From contig CAXXTH010000006.1 of NCBI GenBank assembly GCA_963668025.2, forward strand, positions 54,179 to 118,178: 64,000 nucleotides of DNA, given 5' to 3'. The stretch's first letter is position 1. The number at the start of each line of letters is the position of its first letter. Under the pieces are notes generated by a model. The model did not search any database. It saw only the letters and a list, made by a program, of their open reading frames with translations, and was not told where the DNA came from. This DNA comes from Candidatus Hydrogenedentota bacterium (GTDB lineage Bacteria > Hydrogenedentota > Hydrogenedentia > Hydrogenedentales > SLHB01). The position numbers were made by a program, and so were the translations under genes. This document shows, piece by piece, positions 27,581-37,473 of the stretch.

Positions 27581-29245
27581 TCAAGTTTTTTTATCCGCCA
27601 GGCTGCGCGGCCGGAGCACGCAGCGGAATCCTAGTGTGTTGGCCCGGGTCTCGGTGAAAAGCCCGCGCCGGTGGCTGGCGCGCAAGGTGTCAGCGCCGGA
27701 GTGCCAGCAGCCCCCCCGAATGACGCGCCTTGCGGGAGCGGAAGATGCGCCGCCAGGTTCGGCAAACGGGGAAGCCGTCCATTCATATACGTTTCCCGCA
27801 AGGTCGTGTATGTGCTCCGGCGTGGCGCCATCTTCATGCATGCCCACAATAGAAGGCATATTCAGATGGTCTCCGAAATTGGCGCGGGTGGGATCGGGCT
27901 CCACAGTTCCCCAAGGATATAAGCGGCCTTCCCGCCCTCTTGCGGCGAATTCCCATTCCTCCTCGAGCGGCAGTTCTTTTCCTGCCCAATGGGCATACGC
28001 ATGAGCCTCTTCCCACGAAACCCCTACTATGGGCTGCTGCGCGCCCATGAATTGAGGATGATCCCAATACCGGGGCTTGGGGCTTCCTGTGTCTTCGACA
28101 AAGGCCATGTACTGGCTGACCGTTACGGGATATATGTCTATGTAAAAAGGTTCAATATGGAGTTCCCGCTCGGGCGCTGCCTCGGCAAACTCGTTGCTGC
28201 CCATGATAAAGCTGCCGCCTTCGAGATAAACCATCCCCTTCGTGGAGGCTTTGCGCCCGCCGGTTTCAATTGAAGAGGCGGCTTGGGGGGCGTATGAATC
28301 CCGGTATGCCTGAAGCAGCGAGTCCCGGAACGCGCCAGCAGAAGGCCATCGGTTTTCACGGTCTTCTTGCAAGGCCTTATCGAGCGCCGCCATGATGGAA
28401 GGGGCTACATCGTCCCGTATTTGCGCCCAGTCGCAGGGCGGATCCACCGGCGTGTGCAGAGTTAGCAATTCACGCAGCAGCAAGCCCGATGCATATATAT
28501 CCGCGCGCAAATCGACCGGTTGGTACCGGATTTGTTCGGGCGCGGCATATTCCTTTGTTCCCACCACTCTTTTCTCTTTCCGGTCGGAATGGCGGATTTT
28601 TTCTTCTTCATCCACTGCTTTGGCCAGGCCGAAATCGAGCACCTTCACCCGCTCTCCCGGAAGGACAAGTACATTTTCCGGCTTCATATCACGATGTATG
28701 ACCGTTTTGTGGGCATATTCGAGTGCCGATAAGATTTGCTCCAGGATGCTGACGCAATAGCGCACGGGGAGATAGCGTTGGTTTTTACGGCTTTCACGGA
28801 TAATGGCCCGTAGAGGCCGCCCTTCGATGAGTTCCATGGTGAGGTATAAAATGCCGTCGCTGGTCCTATCGACATCATGGACGGCTACAATGTGGTCATG
28901 GCGAAGGCGGCGCGCTACTTGGGCTTCCCGGATAAACATGCGCTGCCCTTGGGGAGTGCGAAGGAGCTTAGGTTTCATGAATTTGAGCGCCACCCGTTCG
29001 CCCACGAGTTGGTCATGGGCGCTATAGACGACCCCCATTCCGCCCGCGCCTAGCCGTTCGATGATTTCGTAGCGGTTTGCCACTTGATCGCCCGCTTGAA
29101 ACACCAATTCAGCATCAAGCACCCGGGGAGTATTGACAGGCACCACCAACGGCGCGCCGCACCCAAAGCAAATGCCGCGGGCGCCTTGAACCGTAGGTGG
29201 AACCATGATCCGAAGACCACATTGTGCGCAGGTAACCTGTATCAT
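27581..29245 (-). CDS. Ser/Thr protein kinase with N-terminal Zn ribbon and C-terminal FGE/SUMF1-sulfatase domain
   Basis: CAQC...CFGC, GAGGMG, VALK, HRDMKPEN, DFG, 'EEEWEFAARG', 'DLAGNVYEWT', 'LGFRC'. Confidence 0.92.
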   Translation of the reverse strand: MIQVTCAQCGLRIMVPPTVQGARGICFGCGAPLVVPVNTPRVLDAELVFQAGDQVANRYEIIERLGAGGMGVVYSAHDQLVGERVALKFMKPKLLRTPQGQRMFIREAQVARRLRHDHIVAVHDVDRTSDGILYLTMELIEGRPLRAIIRESRKNQRYLPVRYCVSILEQILSALEYAHKTVIHRDMKPENVLVLPGERVKVLDFGLAKAVDEEEKIRHSDRKEKRVVGTKEYAAPEQIRYQPVDLRADIYASGLLLRELLTLHTPVDPPCDWAQIRDDVAPSIMAALDKALQEDRENRWPSAGAFRDSLLQAYRDSYAPQAASSIETGGRKASTKGMVYLEGGSFIMGSNEFAEAAPERELHIEPFYIDIYPVTVSQYMAFVEDTGSPKPRYWDHPQFMGAQQPIVGVSWEEAHAYAHWAGKELPLEEEWEFAARGREGRLYPWGTVEPDPTRANFGDHLNMPSIVGMHEDGATPEHIHDLAGNVYEWTASPFAEPGGASSAPARRVIRGGCWHSGADTLRASHRRGLFTETRANTLGFRCVLRPRSLADKKT

Positions 29246-29396
29246 GTGATAAGGATATGATAGCATGCCGGTAATTCTGTTGACAATGGGAATCAAAGCG
29301 GCTAAACACTATGTATCGCCATGTATGCAACATGACCAATCGCAATATCTTAGGCTTGCTTTGCGCGCGATTGAACCGGCGGGAAGGCGTTTCGTC

Positions 29397-32300
29397 ATGC
29401 GAATCGGGTTATATGCCGGAATAGCCGTGCTGGCCGTGCTTTTTTCCTCCATGCCTGCATGGGGAAACGATGAGGTATCTAGCCGCTCGCAAGCCTTTCA
29501 AATTGCTACACCCGAGGATAATGGACGCATCTTTTTCCAGTTAGGCGCTCAAAGCGTGCCGCTGTCAATCGCCGTAGACGCATTCGCCCCCTTGCCTCCA
29601 GGCGTATTGGAGTTTTCTGTAGACGATAACGCAACGGTTCCGATACCTGGCTTGCCGCCTGCCGCGGAGTTTGCCGATCTCACTTTGCTGGCGGAACAGG
29701 TCCAGCATCGAATTGCCGCAGAACTGCGTGTAATGGACGCGGCGGAAGCGCTGTATGCGGACTCCGCCATGTTTGAGGTGGTGCAAGTGGACGCCGACAG
29801 CAACCAGGATGGTTTCCTGGATGATCCTTTCGCCCTGGCGCTTACAGAGTGCGATTTATGGCGGGCCTCGGGCGGTTCCGTGGCGGCCCCGGTGCGCGAT
29901 GTGGTTATGGCGGGATTAAGCGCCTCACGGTCCGCCCGTGGCGGCCTGTTGCTTGCGGTTCAACTCCATCTCGCGGATAAAGCCCGCGCATGGCTGCGCG
30001 CACCCAGTGGATTGCTCGATACAGGCGAGCAAGGTGTTGTCGTGTTCGCGGGAGCGTCTTCACCGGAAGCGCTGCCGGGAGCGGAGCCGCCCGCATCGCC
30101 GTATTTTACCTTAATGTCTGATGGGCCCTATGTGTATGTGGATGTGCTGGTGAGTGCGGATGGCGGCCGGACCTTTCAATCCATAGACCCCGCCCGGTTG
30201 GCCGTGAATCCGTTATTGCTGCGTATGGAAGGCCTCCATCCGCCTGCTGGGCAAGACATCCGGTTTGCCCAAATAAAGACAATTGCCGAAGATGCCGACG
30301 CGGGGCCGGGGGTGATGTTTCATGCCCGGCTGGATGCTGTTTCCACGTGGGCCTTGTCCGCGAAAGGCTCCCGAATGGATGGAAACGCCATCGAGGGATT
30401 GCTGTCCGAAGCGGGATTAATAACCCTTGCCCAAGCGCGAGATACGCTACGCATCCGAAGCGTGGTGAATCCTGCGTCTGGAGACGCATCCGATTTCTGC
30501 ATTGGCGGGGGCGTTGTGCGGATCGTTCTCGAACATGCCCCTGCCGGGGCATCAATACAGGCGGCTATAGACGGCCAGGCGGCAGAAGTAGTGAAGGTCG
30601 AAAATGGGCCTACGGCGACCTGCTTGGTGCGGACGCCGCGCGCGAAGCCGCTGGCCGTTCCTCAACAGGAACGCCTGGTGGATGTTCAAGTTTGGGACGG
30701 CAACGCTCCGAACAATACGGACACCCTAGCCAATGGATTTCGTTATAAAGCCCCCCGCTTGGATGGCGTCACGCCTGGCGCAGGCCCGGCGCAAGGCGGC
30801 ACTCCCATCGAAGTGCGCGGCGAAGGATTCGATATGAAAGGCATATCGGCCCGGCTGGGCTCCGCGCCGCTGCTAGATGCGCGGAATGCCACCGGGCAAG
30901 GCATTCAATGGGTTACACCAGAAGGCGCGGCAGGGCCCGTCTCCCTTGGAATAATAACGGAAAACGGCTTTCTGGCCGTGCTGCCGAATGCCTTTCAATA
31001 CCAGCCGTGCGCCCCAGAACCTCAAACCGTGTGGCCGGAGTCCGTTCCCATTCCGGGAGGATACACCATCCGCATGTACATGAAAGCTTCCGAATCCGCC
31101 CCGTTGAATCAAAATGTGGCCGTCTATTTCGCACGCGACCCAGAACATCCGGAACCCAGCCGCGATATCCGAGCGGAATCCGTGTCTGTTTTGGGAACCA
31201 CTATGCTCTATGCTCGAACTCCCGAAGTAGAGCATCCGTTCCAATCCGCCGTGTATCTTGCGCTTGAACAAGGAAATGAAGCGGCTTGCGCTGTCTCAAA
31301 GGCGCTGCCGTTCTCCTTCCAAGCTGCGGCGGATATGCAAGTGGAGCATGTCCAGCCCAAAGAAGGCCCTATGAGCGGCGGAGGAGTGGTCCGTATTACC
31401 GTGCGAGGAATCACATATGCGGAAAATGAACCGCCGCCACGCGTATGGATAGGTGCTTGCGAAGCGGTTGTGCAGCATGCCACGCCAAGCAGCGGCTCTT
31501 GGTTTTTCCTGGATGTAATGGCTCCGGCGGGAGAGCATCCTAATGTAGCTTCCGATGTGCGCGTGATGAACGCCAGCGGCGAGTATGCGGTTCTTCCAGA
31601 GGCCTATATGTATAAGAATGATGGAACTCCCTACCTGCTGGGAATCGAGCCCAATTGCGCATGGGTCTTTGGAGGGGCGGTTTTACACATTACAGGCAAG
31701 TTTCTGCAAGCAGCGAATGGACAGCGGCCGCAGGTTTTCATCGGAGGCTCCGAAGCGCATTATCCCCCGGATGACGAGAATTTTGCTTCATCCGCGGAGG
31801 AACTGCATATTCTAGCGCCGCCGTATACAGGGGAGTTTTTGCCTGGCCAGGACCGGGTGGCGGCGCCGGTGCGCGTGGTGGGGGCAGATGGAAAGGCGTT
31901 TGAATGTGCGGATACATTCGAGTATGTGCGCCAGCAGCGCCGCGTGGACACCGCGCCTGGCGGAGGAGCTGTTGCTTCCGTGCAGGGCGAAGTGTCGGCG
32001 GCGGCCCTGTATTGCCGCACCATGGATGAACCGCAGGAATTTCGTATGCCACTTGGCGAAGGCCAGAATGTGGAGGCGGCCCTGCTGCGCATCCCAGCGT
32101 CAAGCGGGTTCCGGCACACGGACTGCGGTATTTTGGTGCGTGCCACCCGCACGCCGCGCTTATTTGGGCTGGACGCTTTGGACGCTGGGCGCGAATGCGA
32201 TGGATTATGGGCTTTTGACATCCACTTTTACGAAACCGCCTACCCATTTGAAGAAATATGGCCATTCCCGTTTTTGCCGGGAAAAACGCCCATCGAATTG

Positions 32301-33071
32301 CTGGTTCCCGTTCCCTACACAGATAATGGCTCGCTTCTGCAAGCCTCGGAACTGCAATCGGGCGGCATATCATGCTTCCGTCTGGAAACAGCACTCGCCT
32401 ATATGCCGTCAAGCTATGCGCATATGAAAATAAAAACGGATCCTGCGGGGCGTCCACGGAGCACGTATGAATGGAATATAAGCGGCGGCGACGTGCTGCC
32501 TCAATTATCGCCCGCAAGCCCGCCCGGTTCCCGCATGGAAGTGGTGCGCATGCCACTGAGCGGGCCTGGCGCAGTGGCCCTTCGGCGTGATGCTTGGCCG
32601 CCCGAATCATTGCTGCGCGCTGCCCGTTACACGCTCTCCGCCAATGGCGATAAGCGCGGCGCGTATGAAGGGGGAGCTGTTGTGGCCATAGAGGGACGCG
32701 GCCTTGCCTGGCCTGAACGCATCTTCTTTGGAGACATCCTGGCCTATGAGCGGGGGAAAAAACTGGACGAACGCCTGCTCATGTCTTCTGACACCATGTT
32801 GAAAGTGAAAGCGCCAGCCGCCGAACAGCGGGAACGCAATACCCCAGTGCCCCTTGCCATTGAGCTTCCACAAGGAAACCAAGGCTCCACCGTAAAGATA
32901 ACCGTATCTGAGCCTTTTACTTACGTCGCACTATCGCCGCCTGCACACTTGCGGTTATGGATATATGCCGTGGTGTCCAGCATAGCGGCGGCAACAGCGC
33001 TAGTAGGGATAGGCGGGCTCGTTTTTTGGCGCAAGAAATGCCGTTCTAACGGCGCGCATGAACGAAAATGA
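29397..33071 (+). CDS. Large surface protein with multiple IPT/TIG domains, signal peptide and C-terminal TM anchor
   Basis: 'PGAGPAQGGTPIEVRGEGF', 'PKEGPMSGGGVVRITV', 'F(R/Q/E/T)Y' domain ends, C-terminal TM plus RKK. Confidence 0.8.
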   Translation: MRIGLYAGIAVLAVLFSSMPAWGNDEVSSRSQAFQIATPEDNGRIFFQLGAQSVPLSIAVDAFAPLPPGVLEFSVDDNATVPIPGLPPAAEFADLTLLAEQVQHRIAAELRVMDAAEALYADSAMFEVVQVDADSNQDGFLDDPFALALTECDLWRASGGSVAAPVRDVVMAGLSASRSARGGLLLAVQLHLADKARAWLRAPSGLLDTGEQGVVVFAGASSPEALPGAEPPASPYFTLMSDGPYVYVDVLVSADGGRTFQSIDPARLAVNPLLLRMEGLHPPAGQDIRFAQIKTIAEDADAGPGVMFHARLDAVSTWALSAKGSRMDGNAIEGLLSEAGLITLAQARDTLRIRSVVNPASGDASDFCIGGGVVRIVLEHAPAGASIQAAIDGQAAEVVKVENGPTATCLVRTPRAKPLAVPQQERLVDVQVWDGNAPNNTDTLANGFRYKAPRLDGVTPGAGPAQGGTPIEVRGEGFDMKGISARLGSAPLLDARNATGQGIQWVTPEGAAGPVSLGIITENGFLAVLPNAFQYQPCAPEPQTVWPESVPIPGGYTIRMYMKASESAPLNQNVAVYFARDPEHPEPSRDIRAESVSVLGTTMLYARTPEVEHPFQSAVYLALEQGNEAACAVSKALPFSFQAAADMQVEHVQPKEGPMSGGGVVRITVRGITYAENEPPPRVWIGACEAVVQHATPSSGSWFFLDVMAPAGEHPNVASDVRVMNASGEYAVLPEAYMYKNDGTPYLLGIEPNCAWVFGGAVLHITGKFLQAANGQRPQVFIGGSEAHYPPDDENFASSAEELHILAPPYTGEFLPGQDRVAAPVRVVGADGKAFECADTFEYVRQQRRVDTAPGGGAVASVQGEVSAAALYCRTMDEPQEFRMPLGEGQNVEAALLRIPASSGFRHTDCGILVRATRTPRLFGLDALDAGRECDGLWAFDIHFYETAYPFEEIWPFPFLPGKTPIELLVPVPYTDNGSLLQASELQSGGISCFRLETALAYMPSSYAHMKIKTDPAGRPRSTYEWNISGGDVLPQLSPASPPGSRMEVVRMPLSGPGAVALRRDAWPPESLLRAARYTLSANGDKRGAYEGGAVVAIEGRGLAWPERIFFGDILAYERGKKLDERLLMSSDTMLKVKAPAAEQRERNTPVPLAIELPQGNQGSTVKITVSEPFTYVALSPPAHLRLWIYAVVSSIAAATALVGIGGLVFWRKKCRSNGAHERK

Positions 33072-33293
33072 ATCTTGTGCGTGCTTTTCCGTGAAATCGA
33101 CATTCCGTGAAATCGAAATTGACAATGGCCTAGGCGGCTGGCTATGGTCATGCCGATTATTCCAGATTGTAACCGTCTCGAAAATGCGGTTGAAAAGAGG
33201 AACGCGGCGGCATGCTATATCCATGAATGTTGAGATCAAAGAACAGGATCGCTGCCTGAAGTGATGTAGAAGAAAACAGATGAAAGCCGGAAT

Positions 33294-34301
33294 ATGCCCA
33301 AAGTGAAACCGCTTGATACATATATACCCAAGAAAAAACGCCTGTTCCTTGGCGCATTTATTCTTGCCGCAGTGCTTGCGGGATGGTATTTCGGATATGC
33401 ATTGACCCTGATAGCGCTGGTGCTTCTTTTTATCTTGCTTGGAACACTCTATGGCCTTCGCTATGCCTTGGCCCACGCGGGATTAAGCCGATTGGCAGAG
33501 TATGCCCCAAAATATAGTTACCCCGTGCTGCTCAAGGCGGCGCAAGAGCAGCAAAAGGATCCGAATAACTTTACATTTGTCGTGCTCGGAGATAACCGAA
33601 ACGTTCAAAAGACCGCAGTGAAGGTCTATGGCGAGGCGGCTAAAGAAGGTGCAGCGCTCATCTTTAACACGGGCGACATCGTCCGGCATGGCACCCCCCG
33701 GGAATACCTAAAAAACCATATCAAGCTACTTGAGATGGTTGAGCCTATTCCCGTTTTCTGCATCCCAGGCAACCATGAGCGCGGCGCGCGGCGCGATTTT
33801 GGGCCTTTCAAGGCATTATACGGAGCGGAGCGCTTTTCCTTCGATTATGGCGCATGCCGCTTCATTGGATTCAACAACGGCAAACGTTCACGCGTGGATG
33901 CGGATGACTTGGCGTTTGTCGAGCGCGAACTCGAGAAAAGCCCCGCTCCACCCTATAAATATGTTTTTCTCCACATTCCTCCACGCTACTTCGAGGACCA
34001 TATCGTCATTGTGAACAAACGTAGAGGATACAAAAAATACGCCGGTGAGCTCCATAACCTCTTCATACGCCACGGAGTCAACGAAGTTTTCATGGGGCAT
34101 ATCCATGGCTACGTAAGCGAGAAAATCGACGGCGTCCGCTATACCCTGACCGCGGGGGCCGGCGCCCCCCTCAGCAAACGCCTACGGCCAGAATATCGAT
34201 ATCACAATTATGTGGTTGTCCACATAAGCCCACAAGGAATACGACGTGAGGCCGTGCGGCTTAAAAATGGCCAATGGCAGCGAAGTGACGAACCCGTGTA
34301 G
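33294..34301 (+). CDS. Membrane-anchored calcineurin-like metallophosphoesterase
   Basis: GDNR, TGD, PGNHE, HIPP, GHIH motifs and two N-terminal TM segments. Confidence 0.9.
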   Translation: MPKVKPLDTYIPKKKRLFLGAFILAAVLAGWYFGYALTLIALVLLFILLGTLYGLRYALAHAGLSRLAEYAPKYSYPVLLKAAQEQQKDPNNFTFVVLGDNRNVQKTAVKVYGEAAKEGAALIFNTGDIVRHGTPREYLKNHIKLLEMVEPIPVFCIPGNHERGARRDFGPFKALYGAERFSFDYGACRFIGFNNGKRSRVDADDLAFVERELEKSPAPPYKYVFLHIPPRYFEDHIVIVNKRRGYKKYAGELHNLFIRHGVNEVFMGHIHGYVSEKIDGVRYTLTAGAGAPLSKRLRPEYRYHNYVVVHISPQGIRREAVRLKNGQWQRSDEPV

Positions 34302-34363
34302 ATAAGCCTGAACGTAATGTGGCGTCCGCCTATTCAAACATGCTAAGATATCATTTCAATTTT

Positions 34364-34441
34364 CGGGGCGTAGCGCAGCCCGGTTAGCGCGCCTGCTTTG
34401 GGAGCAGGAGGCCGAGAGTTCAAATCTCTCCGCCCCGACCA
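34364..34441 (+). tRNA. tRNA-Pro(TGG), integration target
   Basis: CGGGGCG...CGCCCCG-ACCA, anticodon arm CCTGC-TT-TGG-GA-GCAGG, GTTCAAATC T-loop. Confidence 0.96.
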
Positions 34442-34508
34442 TTTAAAGCCTTTAACCCCAATGACTTATGGAAATGGGTTCTTGGGGCTTTTTCTTTGGC
34501 CCCGCTTT

Positions 34509-34527
34509 TGTATCCCGCTTGTATCCC
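34509..34527. promoter_or_regulatory. Putative integrase arm-type sites, left end of element 1
   Basis: TGTATCCC x2 with 11-bp period. The same pair occurs at 53510-53528. Confidence 0.7.
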
Positions 34528-34693
34528 GGTGGGCTTCTTTTCGGGCGGTTTCGGCGCTGTATGGCCGGGCAGTGATGGCGGGCAGTTTGGTGATGGCCAG
34601 CATGGGCGTGGCGGGGCACCTCGGGCATGCTCGAACTGTCCTGGTTTCCCGGAGCAATCCCGCAATCGTGAAAATCTTTAGTATTAGCGGTCG

Positions 34694-34912
34694 TTATACT
34701 TCCGCAATGACCCCGTCGTCTGATACCTCGAACAGCGCCATGCCCTGTCGTCCGGCTTTATCCGCTCCGTGCAGGTACACCCGTAGCCCCTTTTCAGTGG
34801 GCCTCGTGCATATAGCGAAGACTCGAGTCCAGTTATAGCGATACTGAGCCACAGTGGACGCGGCATAAGCGCACTCAGGAATGCTGCCATCGTATCGAGG
34901 ATAAGCTCTCAT
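34694..34912 (-). CDS. 72-aa hypothetical protein conserved in both elements
   Basis: Nearly identical protein at 54067-54285 with mostly synonymous changes. GGAG RBS. Confidence 0.75.
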   Translation of the reverse strand: MRAYPRYDGSIPECAYAASTVAQYRYNWTRVFAICTRPTEKGLRVYLHGADKAGRQGMALFEVSDDGVIAEV

Positions 34913-35198
34913 GTTCGTCTCCGTTAGGAATCATAGCATGGGACAGGTCACTTGCCACGCATGGTAGAACGATTGATGCCATGGAACAAGCGCTCAGCGT
35001 GAAGCCTGGTTTACATGTGGGATGCTTGACGGTGTCGTCGCTTATGTCATGGCGGCCGGGCGGCGGTGCGATGATGTATGTGCGCGTGCGTGCAAGGGGG
35101 GGTGGCAGGGGGGATCAGCGACACCCCACTGTATAGCGTTAGACCCCTGCTCGAAAATTCTGGTGAAAACGGGAACTGTGCCATGCTCGGGGTACAGT

Positions 35199-35765
35199 TT
35201 AGAATGTGGGTGGTGGCTCACCGAAAAGACCCAGATAATCCCCGCGAAATCCGGCAGGGATGTCCTTTTCGTATTGCCAATAGGCAACAATTTGATGCAC
35301 TCGGTTCATGTCGATGTGGTGGGAGTCGAGCATCAAACGCATGAGCGCCAGTGTGTTCATAGCTTCGAGTTCATAGTCCCCTGCCAACTTGAGCATATCC
35401 TGATCGTCCGTCACTACCGGTATGCCGAGTGTGTAAGCTGTAGCCAGAGCGCGAACATCAACAGGAGACACGCGAAGCCCTTCAGTACGTGCATGATTTG
35501 ACATATAATCGTAGATTCCACGTATTTCTTTACGCTGTTGGCGAGACAAAGGCAGAGGTATCTTACGATTCGCAACGTACTCAGTATTATCTACCCAATG
35601 GAACTTGCGACGCAACCGGGGATTCCTGCTGAACTCGGTTTCAAAGTCAGAGATGACATACAGGCAATAGCAATTTTGACCAAACTGTTGGCCTAATAAG
35701 GGGTGAACGCTTCTAGCTAAACGGAAGTAGGCGTTGCTATCGAGGAGAATCGAGGTCCGCGCCAT
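35199..35765 (-). CDS. PIN-domain protein (putative toxin/effector)
   Basis: 'ILLDSN', 'SPVDVRALATA', 'VVTDDQDM' PIN acidic motifs. Abuts the upstream HTH-IrrE gene. Confidence 0.8.
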   Translation of the reverse strand: MARTSILLDSNAYFRLARSVHPLLGQQFGQNCYCLYVISDFETEFSRNPRLRRKFHWVDNTEYVANRKIPLPLSRQQRKEIRGIYDYMSNHARTEGLRVSPVDVRALATAYTLGIPVVTDDQDMLKLAGDYELEAMNTLALMRLMLDSHHIDMNRVHQIVAYWQYEKDIPAGFRGDYLGLFGEPPPTF

Positions 35766-36893
35766 TCATCGCAACTCCTCGATCACCCCTTTGGCATCTA
35801 GAAGCGGGAGTTGCAGAACTGTTTCCACAAATCCGGTAGAGACATCCGTCTTCTGTATGTGCTTCTTTAACACATCGAAGAAAGGACTTTGAAACATATC
35901 ACGCGCCACGTCCATATACTCTTTCGGAGTCGGCGGAAGCTGACGGAACAACATCTCGCTGACGCTCGTGAACTCTTTATTGAAGTTGGTGGACGCGGCA
36001 TGAATGGACTGTCCTGCATCCACACAGTCTAGGGCGTGCGCTCGAGCATATGCTTGCAGAGCTAAATTCACAGTTGTAGGGGAAATGCCAAATTCGCGCG
36101 CGATGTCTTTCAGGAGGTTGATGCGGACACCCTCACTTCTTGCCTTGCTGACTTTCGCGTAAGCTGTGGCAGCACATGTTTCGGGAAAAAGAAGCGCTTG
36201 GGCAAACCCGTCCGCAAAGTCTTCCGCCTCATCATCCCGGAGCTCTGGAGCGTGTACATGGCCCAGTTCGTGCGCCATCCAGAATTTAAAGTCGTGGATG
36301 TTGCTGTCCAAATTCAGATACACCCAGGTCGTCATCGACTCCGGCAAGTAGATATGCAGTGCATTTTCGTGATGCTCTTTGTGGCCCCAGAGCACCGGAA
36401 CGATTACTGTATTCAGAGAGGTGAATCGGCCTATTAGGTCACGGAACTGCACGGGACCGTCCTGGCTTACTCCAATGTCTTTGCGAATCCTGCTGGCAAC
36501 ACGCTGTAAGTACTCGTATTCGTTGAGCGGTTCACGCAGTGTCGCCGGACGTGCAAGTGTATCGAAGGGGAGAAAAGGAGCGAGCGCACCAAGCAGAACA
36601 CCCATGTGTTTTGCTCGTTTCACATGTTCTGCTGTCGTCTTGTGTCCACCTTTGCGCCGGAATGCGATTACAGGTTCCATGGGGTCATGGTGTTCGATGA
36701 CGAGTTGCTGGAAGCTCAGCTCCAGCAGCATGCCTAGCTTGAGTAGTTTGTCCGGACGCGGGAAATCCTCACAGGAGAACCATTTCGTTACAGCGGTGCG
36801 GCTCACTTCAATCTGTTTTGATAGACTGGCCTGATTCAAACCATGTGCCTGCATGGCTTGCTGTAGATTCTGGATGTTAAGCACTTTTTTCAT
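35766..36893 (-). CDS. XRE-HTH plus ImmA/IrrE (DUF955) zinc metallopeptidase fusion
   Basis: N-terminal HTH 'NQASLSKQIEVSRTAVTKW', 'IAFR', 'FWMAHELGH', 'EDFADGFAQALLFP'. Confidence 0.88.
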   Translation of the reverse strand: MKKVLNIQNLQQAMQAHGLNQASLSKQIEVSRTAVTKWFSCEDFPRPDKLLKLGMLLELSFQQLVIEHHDPMEPVIAFRRKGGHKTTAEHVKRAKHMGVLLGALAPFLPFDTLARPATLREPLNEYEYLQRVASRIRKDIGVSQDGPVQFRDLIGRFTSLNTVIVPVLWGHKEHHENALHIYLPESMTTWVYLNLDSNIHDFKFWMAHELGHVHAPELRDDEAEDFADGFAQALLFPETCAATAYAKVSKARSEGVRINLLKDIAREFGISPTTVNLALQAYARAHALDCVDAGQSIHAASTNFNKEFTSVSEMLFRQLPPTPKEYMDVARDMFQSPFFDVLKKHIQKTDVSTGFVETVLQLPLLDAKGVIEELR

Positions 36894-36899
36894 GATTCA

Positions 36900-36928
36900 A
36901 GCCTATCAGTAATGTAAAGTTTTGTCAA
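36900..36928 (-). promoter_or_regulatory. Sigma70-like promoter predicting a leaderless mRNA
   Basis: TTGACA-17nt-TAGGCT-6nt-ATG(36893). No RBS. Confidence 0.65.
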
Positions 36929-37143
36929 CTTTATTCTTGGGAGATATTAGGTGCTATTCGAATCGATGGGTGCAACCGGTATCTGGCTGGTGGAGAGAGG
37001 AGAGGTGGGTGTGAACACGTGGCGCGCTTCGCAGGATGCCCGTAGAGCAACGCGGGCGGTTTAGCAGTATGAATGGATGACTTGATGGCAGATCGTAGCA
37101 GGGCGGCCAGCACGTAAACGAATTCGCGGGGTTCCGGGGCATG

Positions 37144-37473
37144 TCAGGCACCGGGATCGGCGGGGGTGTCCTGGGTGCGGGGCGTGAAGTTCACGCAGGT
37201 CTCGCATTTGCTGCATACCGGCGGCATGAGTCCGGCGCGGGCCAAGTCACCTATCACCGCTGCTTCGATGTACCGCCGCTCGATTTCCGCCGTGATGCGC
37301 TCGAGCTCGGCTTTTCCAGCGGGACGGCATAGGGCCACTGCGGCGGCCTGCACGTGGCCATATCCCGAAAGCTCGGCGGCCTGCTTGATGGTCATGCCCA
37401 ACGCGCGATACATGGCCAGCAGGTGCAGCCTCGGGCTCGCTGGGGCGGGTTTATAGGGCGGTTTATTCGGCAT
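37144..37473 (-). CDS. Small-terminase-like HTH protein with C-terminal CxxCxxC
   Basis: 'TIKQAAELSGY...A...L.RP' resembles the TerS N-terminal HTH. Homolog starts at 56632. Confidence 0.55.
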   Translation of the reverse strand: MPNKPPYKPAPASPRLHLLAMYRALGMTIKQAAELSGYGHVQAAAVALCRPAGKAELERITAEIERRYIEAAVIGDLARAGLMPPVCSKCETCVNFTPRTQDTPADPGA

